Positions 61,770 through 64,000 of a DNA stretch of 64,000 nt are shown piece by piece. A model generated the notes under the pieces. It was not told the origin of the DNA, ran no database searches, and saw nothing but the letters and a program-made list of their open reading frames with translations. Source of the DNA: Scyliorhinus canicula. Taxonomy: Eukaryota. The DNA is taken from assembly GCF_902713615.1 (NCBI RefSeq), contig NC_052146.1:306482335-306546334 (forward strand), read 5' to 3'. A program made the position numbers and the translations under genes. Position 1 is the first letter of the stretch. Each line of letters starts with the position of its first letter.

Positions 61770-62926
61770 AAAGCGAGCTCTTTGTGACACAGGCGAGGGG
61801 CCAAGGAAAGAGACTGGAAGAGTTACCGCTTAAGATGGTGGAGAGTAGCCTTCGCTACTTGGGCATTCAGGTGGCTAAGAGCTGGGGTGCCCCGCACAAG
61901 ATCAATTTAGCGCGGCTGGTGGATCAGATGGAGGAGGACTTTAAGAAATGGGACATGCTACCGCTTTCCCTGGCGGGTAGGGTGCAGTCGGTAAAGATGA
62001 CGGTCCCCCACAGGTTCTTGTTTGTCTTCCAGTGCCTTCCCATCCTCATGCCCAAGTCCTTTTTCAAGCGGGTAAATAGGATTATTGTGGGATTTATGTG
62101 GGCAAATAAGACCCCGCGTGTTAAGAGACTGTTCTTGGAGTGCAGTCAGGGGTTGGGGGGGGGAGGGTTGCCACTGCCAAACGTTTGCAGCTATTACTGG
62201 GCAGCGAATATATCCATGATTTAGAAATGGGTAGTGGAGGGAGGGGGGGGGGGGGGTGGAAGTGGCGTCTTGTAAAGATACTAGCTTGGGGGCACTGATT
62301 ACGGCACCGTTGCCGCTTCCGCCGACCGGTATACCACGAGTCTGGTGGTGGTGGCGACATTGAGGATCTGGGGGCAGTGGAGACAGCCCGGGGGGGGGGG
62401 GGGGGGGGGGGGGTGTAGGGGCTTCAGTCTTATTCATTGATGGTTTTACTTTTGCTGGTCGCATCAATGGAGGAGAGGGCTCCCTCCCCCCCCCCCCCCC
62501 CCCCCCCCCCCCGGGGAATACCTTTAGGTACATGCAGGTTCGGGCGTTCGTGAAAAAGCAGGTGGGGGAATTCCCGCTGCAGCCTGCCCGGAGGAGACAG
62601 GACACAGTGGTCTCGGGCGTGTGGGTAGGGGATGGCAAGATATCGGAAATATATCAGGAGCTGCAAGAGGCGGAGGAGGCCTCGGTGGAGGAACTGAAGG
62701 GCAAGTGGGAGGAGGAGCAAGTGGGGGGGGTGGCTTGGGCGGTGGATGGATTTCATTTGTAAAGGGCAAATACCCCACCTTATTTTGTTAAATGATTAAG
62801 CTGTTAAATGGTTAAGTTGTTTTCTGTTTCACTGTTATGTTTACCGTTTGTTTTTCTTTTTGTAGTGGCTTGTAAAAATTATTGAAAATTTTTGAATAAA
62901 AATAAATTTTAAAAACAGGAAAAAAC
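61770..62926 (+). mobile_element. 5'-truncated, internally deleted L1 with a 15-bp target-site duplication
   Basis: RYLGIQV...WDMLPLSLAGRVQSVKM..PHRFLFVFQCLP...GGLPLPN..YYWA; A-rich tail; TSD AAGTTGTTCCCCTTA at 61755-61769 and 62927-62941 at a TT/AAAG-type site. Confidence 0.9.
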
Positions 62927-63769
62927 AAGTTGTTCCCCTTATTAGAGATGCTATCTCTCAGGATAATTGTTCACCTTGCCAACAAAGACCCATCTGCTTT
63001 TCCAAGTGAAAGATGCTGCTGAAGGACAGCTAAAAGTGTCCTGCCCAACATCCCTCCCTCATTCAGAATCACCCAAAACAGTTTAAACCATCGACCACCA
63101 AATGGTTGTCTGTGACAGCTTGCTGTGTACAAATTGGCCGACAGCCTTCCCTCACTCCAACAGTGACTGCATTTCAAATGTACTTTATTGGGGTATAGGG
63201 TATATTAATTGAATTTTTTCTTCATATTTTTATGTTTCCAATATAAATTCTGACATTCATATTGATAATGATGACTGCCTATGTAAACGTATCACGTGAG
63301 AGAATCATAGAATTTACAGTGCAAAACGAGGCTATCATGCCCACCTAGTCTGCACCGGCTCTTGGAAAGAGCACCCTACTTAAACACACATCTCCACCCT
63401 ATCCCCATAACCCAGTAACCCCACCTAACCTAAGGGCAATTCATCATGACCAATCAACCTAAATTGCACATCTTTGGACTGTGGGAGGAAACCAGAGCAC
63501 CCGGAGGAAACCCACGCAGACACGGGGAGAACGTACAGACTCCACAAAGGCAGTGACCCAAGGCGGGAATTGAACCTGTGACCCTGGAGCTGTGAAGCAA
63601 CTGTGCTAACCACTGTGCTACCGTGCCCCCCCCTCACTGTACTACCGTTACACCTGCCCACCAGTGGCAGTACTGGAGAGAGAGGGCGCAATTGTAGCCT
63701 GACGAGTATTACAAAGAGTTACAGAGATTTAACTGCACAGAAAACGCATCCAACCCTCTTAAGACCAAA

Positions 63770-64000
63770 AGGGATAGGAGAAGAATGAGGCCACTCGACC
63801 CATCGAGTCTGCTCCGCCATTCAATCATGGCTGATATTTTTCTCATCCCCATTCTCCTGCCTTCTCCCCATAAACCCTGATCCTCTTATTAATAAAGACA
63901 CTCAGTGATTTGGCCTCCACAGCCTTCTGCGGCAAAAGAGTTCCACAGATTCACCACCCTCTGGCTGAAGAAATTCCTCCTCATCTCTGTTTTAAAGGAT
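63770..64000 (-). mobile_element. CR1 3' end fragment (runs off the window)
   Basis: ...gaagaaattcctcc / cacagattcaccaccctctgg, CR1 3' sequence in antisense. Confidence 0.7.

Noticed and set aside
63184-63189. Minus-strand AATAAA as the possible 3' end of an upstream gene such as PHACTR2
   Set aside because: Falls at the end of an old SINE-like segment, and no exon of that gene is recognisable in the window

Overview
Vertebrate (very probably shark/elasmobranch; inferred from HE1-type tRNA-SINEs with CR1-like tails, abundant CR1, Tx1 and Rex1 LINEs) genomic DNA, mostly transposable elements and tandem repeats. Two spliced host genes lie on the minus strand. The first is a complete 11-exon LTV1 (40S ribosome biogenesis factor; CDS 58270->38397, 1407 nt, 468 aa; I checked GT-AG ends and phase at every junction). 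The second, downstream in the same orientation, is the first three coding exons of a ZC2HC1B-type C2HC zinc-finger gene (30749->3055, continuing past the left edge). This LTV1-ZC2HC1B order matches the human arrangement. Most long ORFs in the track are repeat artefacts. The most notable structures are: a ~7.5-kb 29/32-bp minisatellite that grew from one short segment inside an L1 ORF2; an LTV1 promoter built from a 62-bp tandem repeat carrying four CCAAT boxes; a partly inverted minisatellite supplying the first canonical AATAAA signals after the LTV1 stop; a C2H2 zinc-finger pseudogene split by a Harbinger-type MITE; a Harbinger family (three MITEs plus a 2-kb copy with a Myb/SANT remnant); and a four-level TE nest (Tx1 > hAT > CR1 > solo-LTR-like insert). 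I found no convincing novel multi-gene system; the interesting signals are repeat-derived regulatory or structural innovations around two conserved genes.
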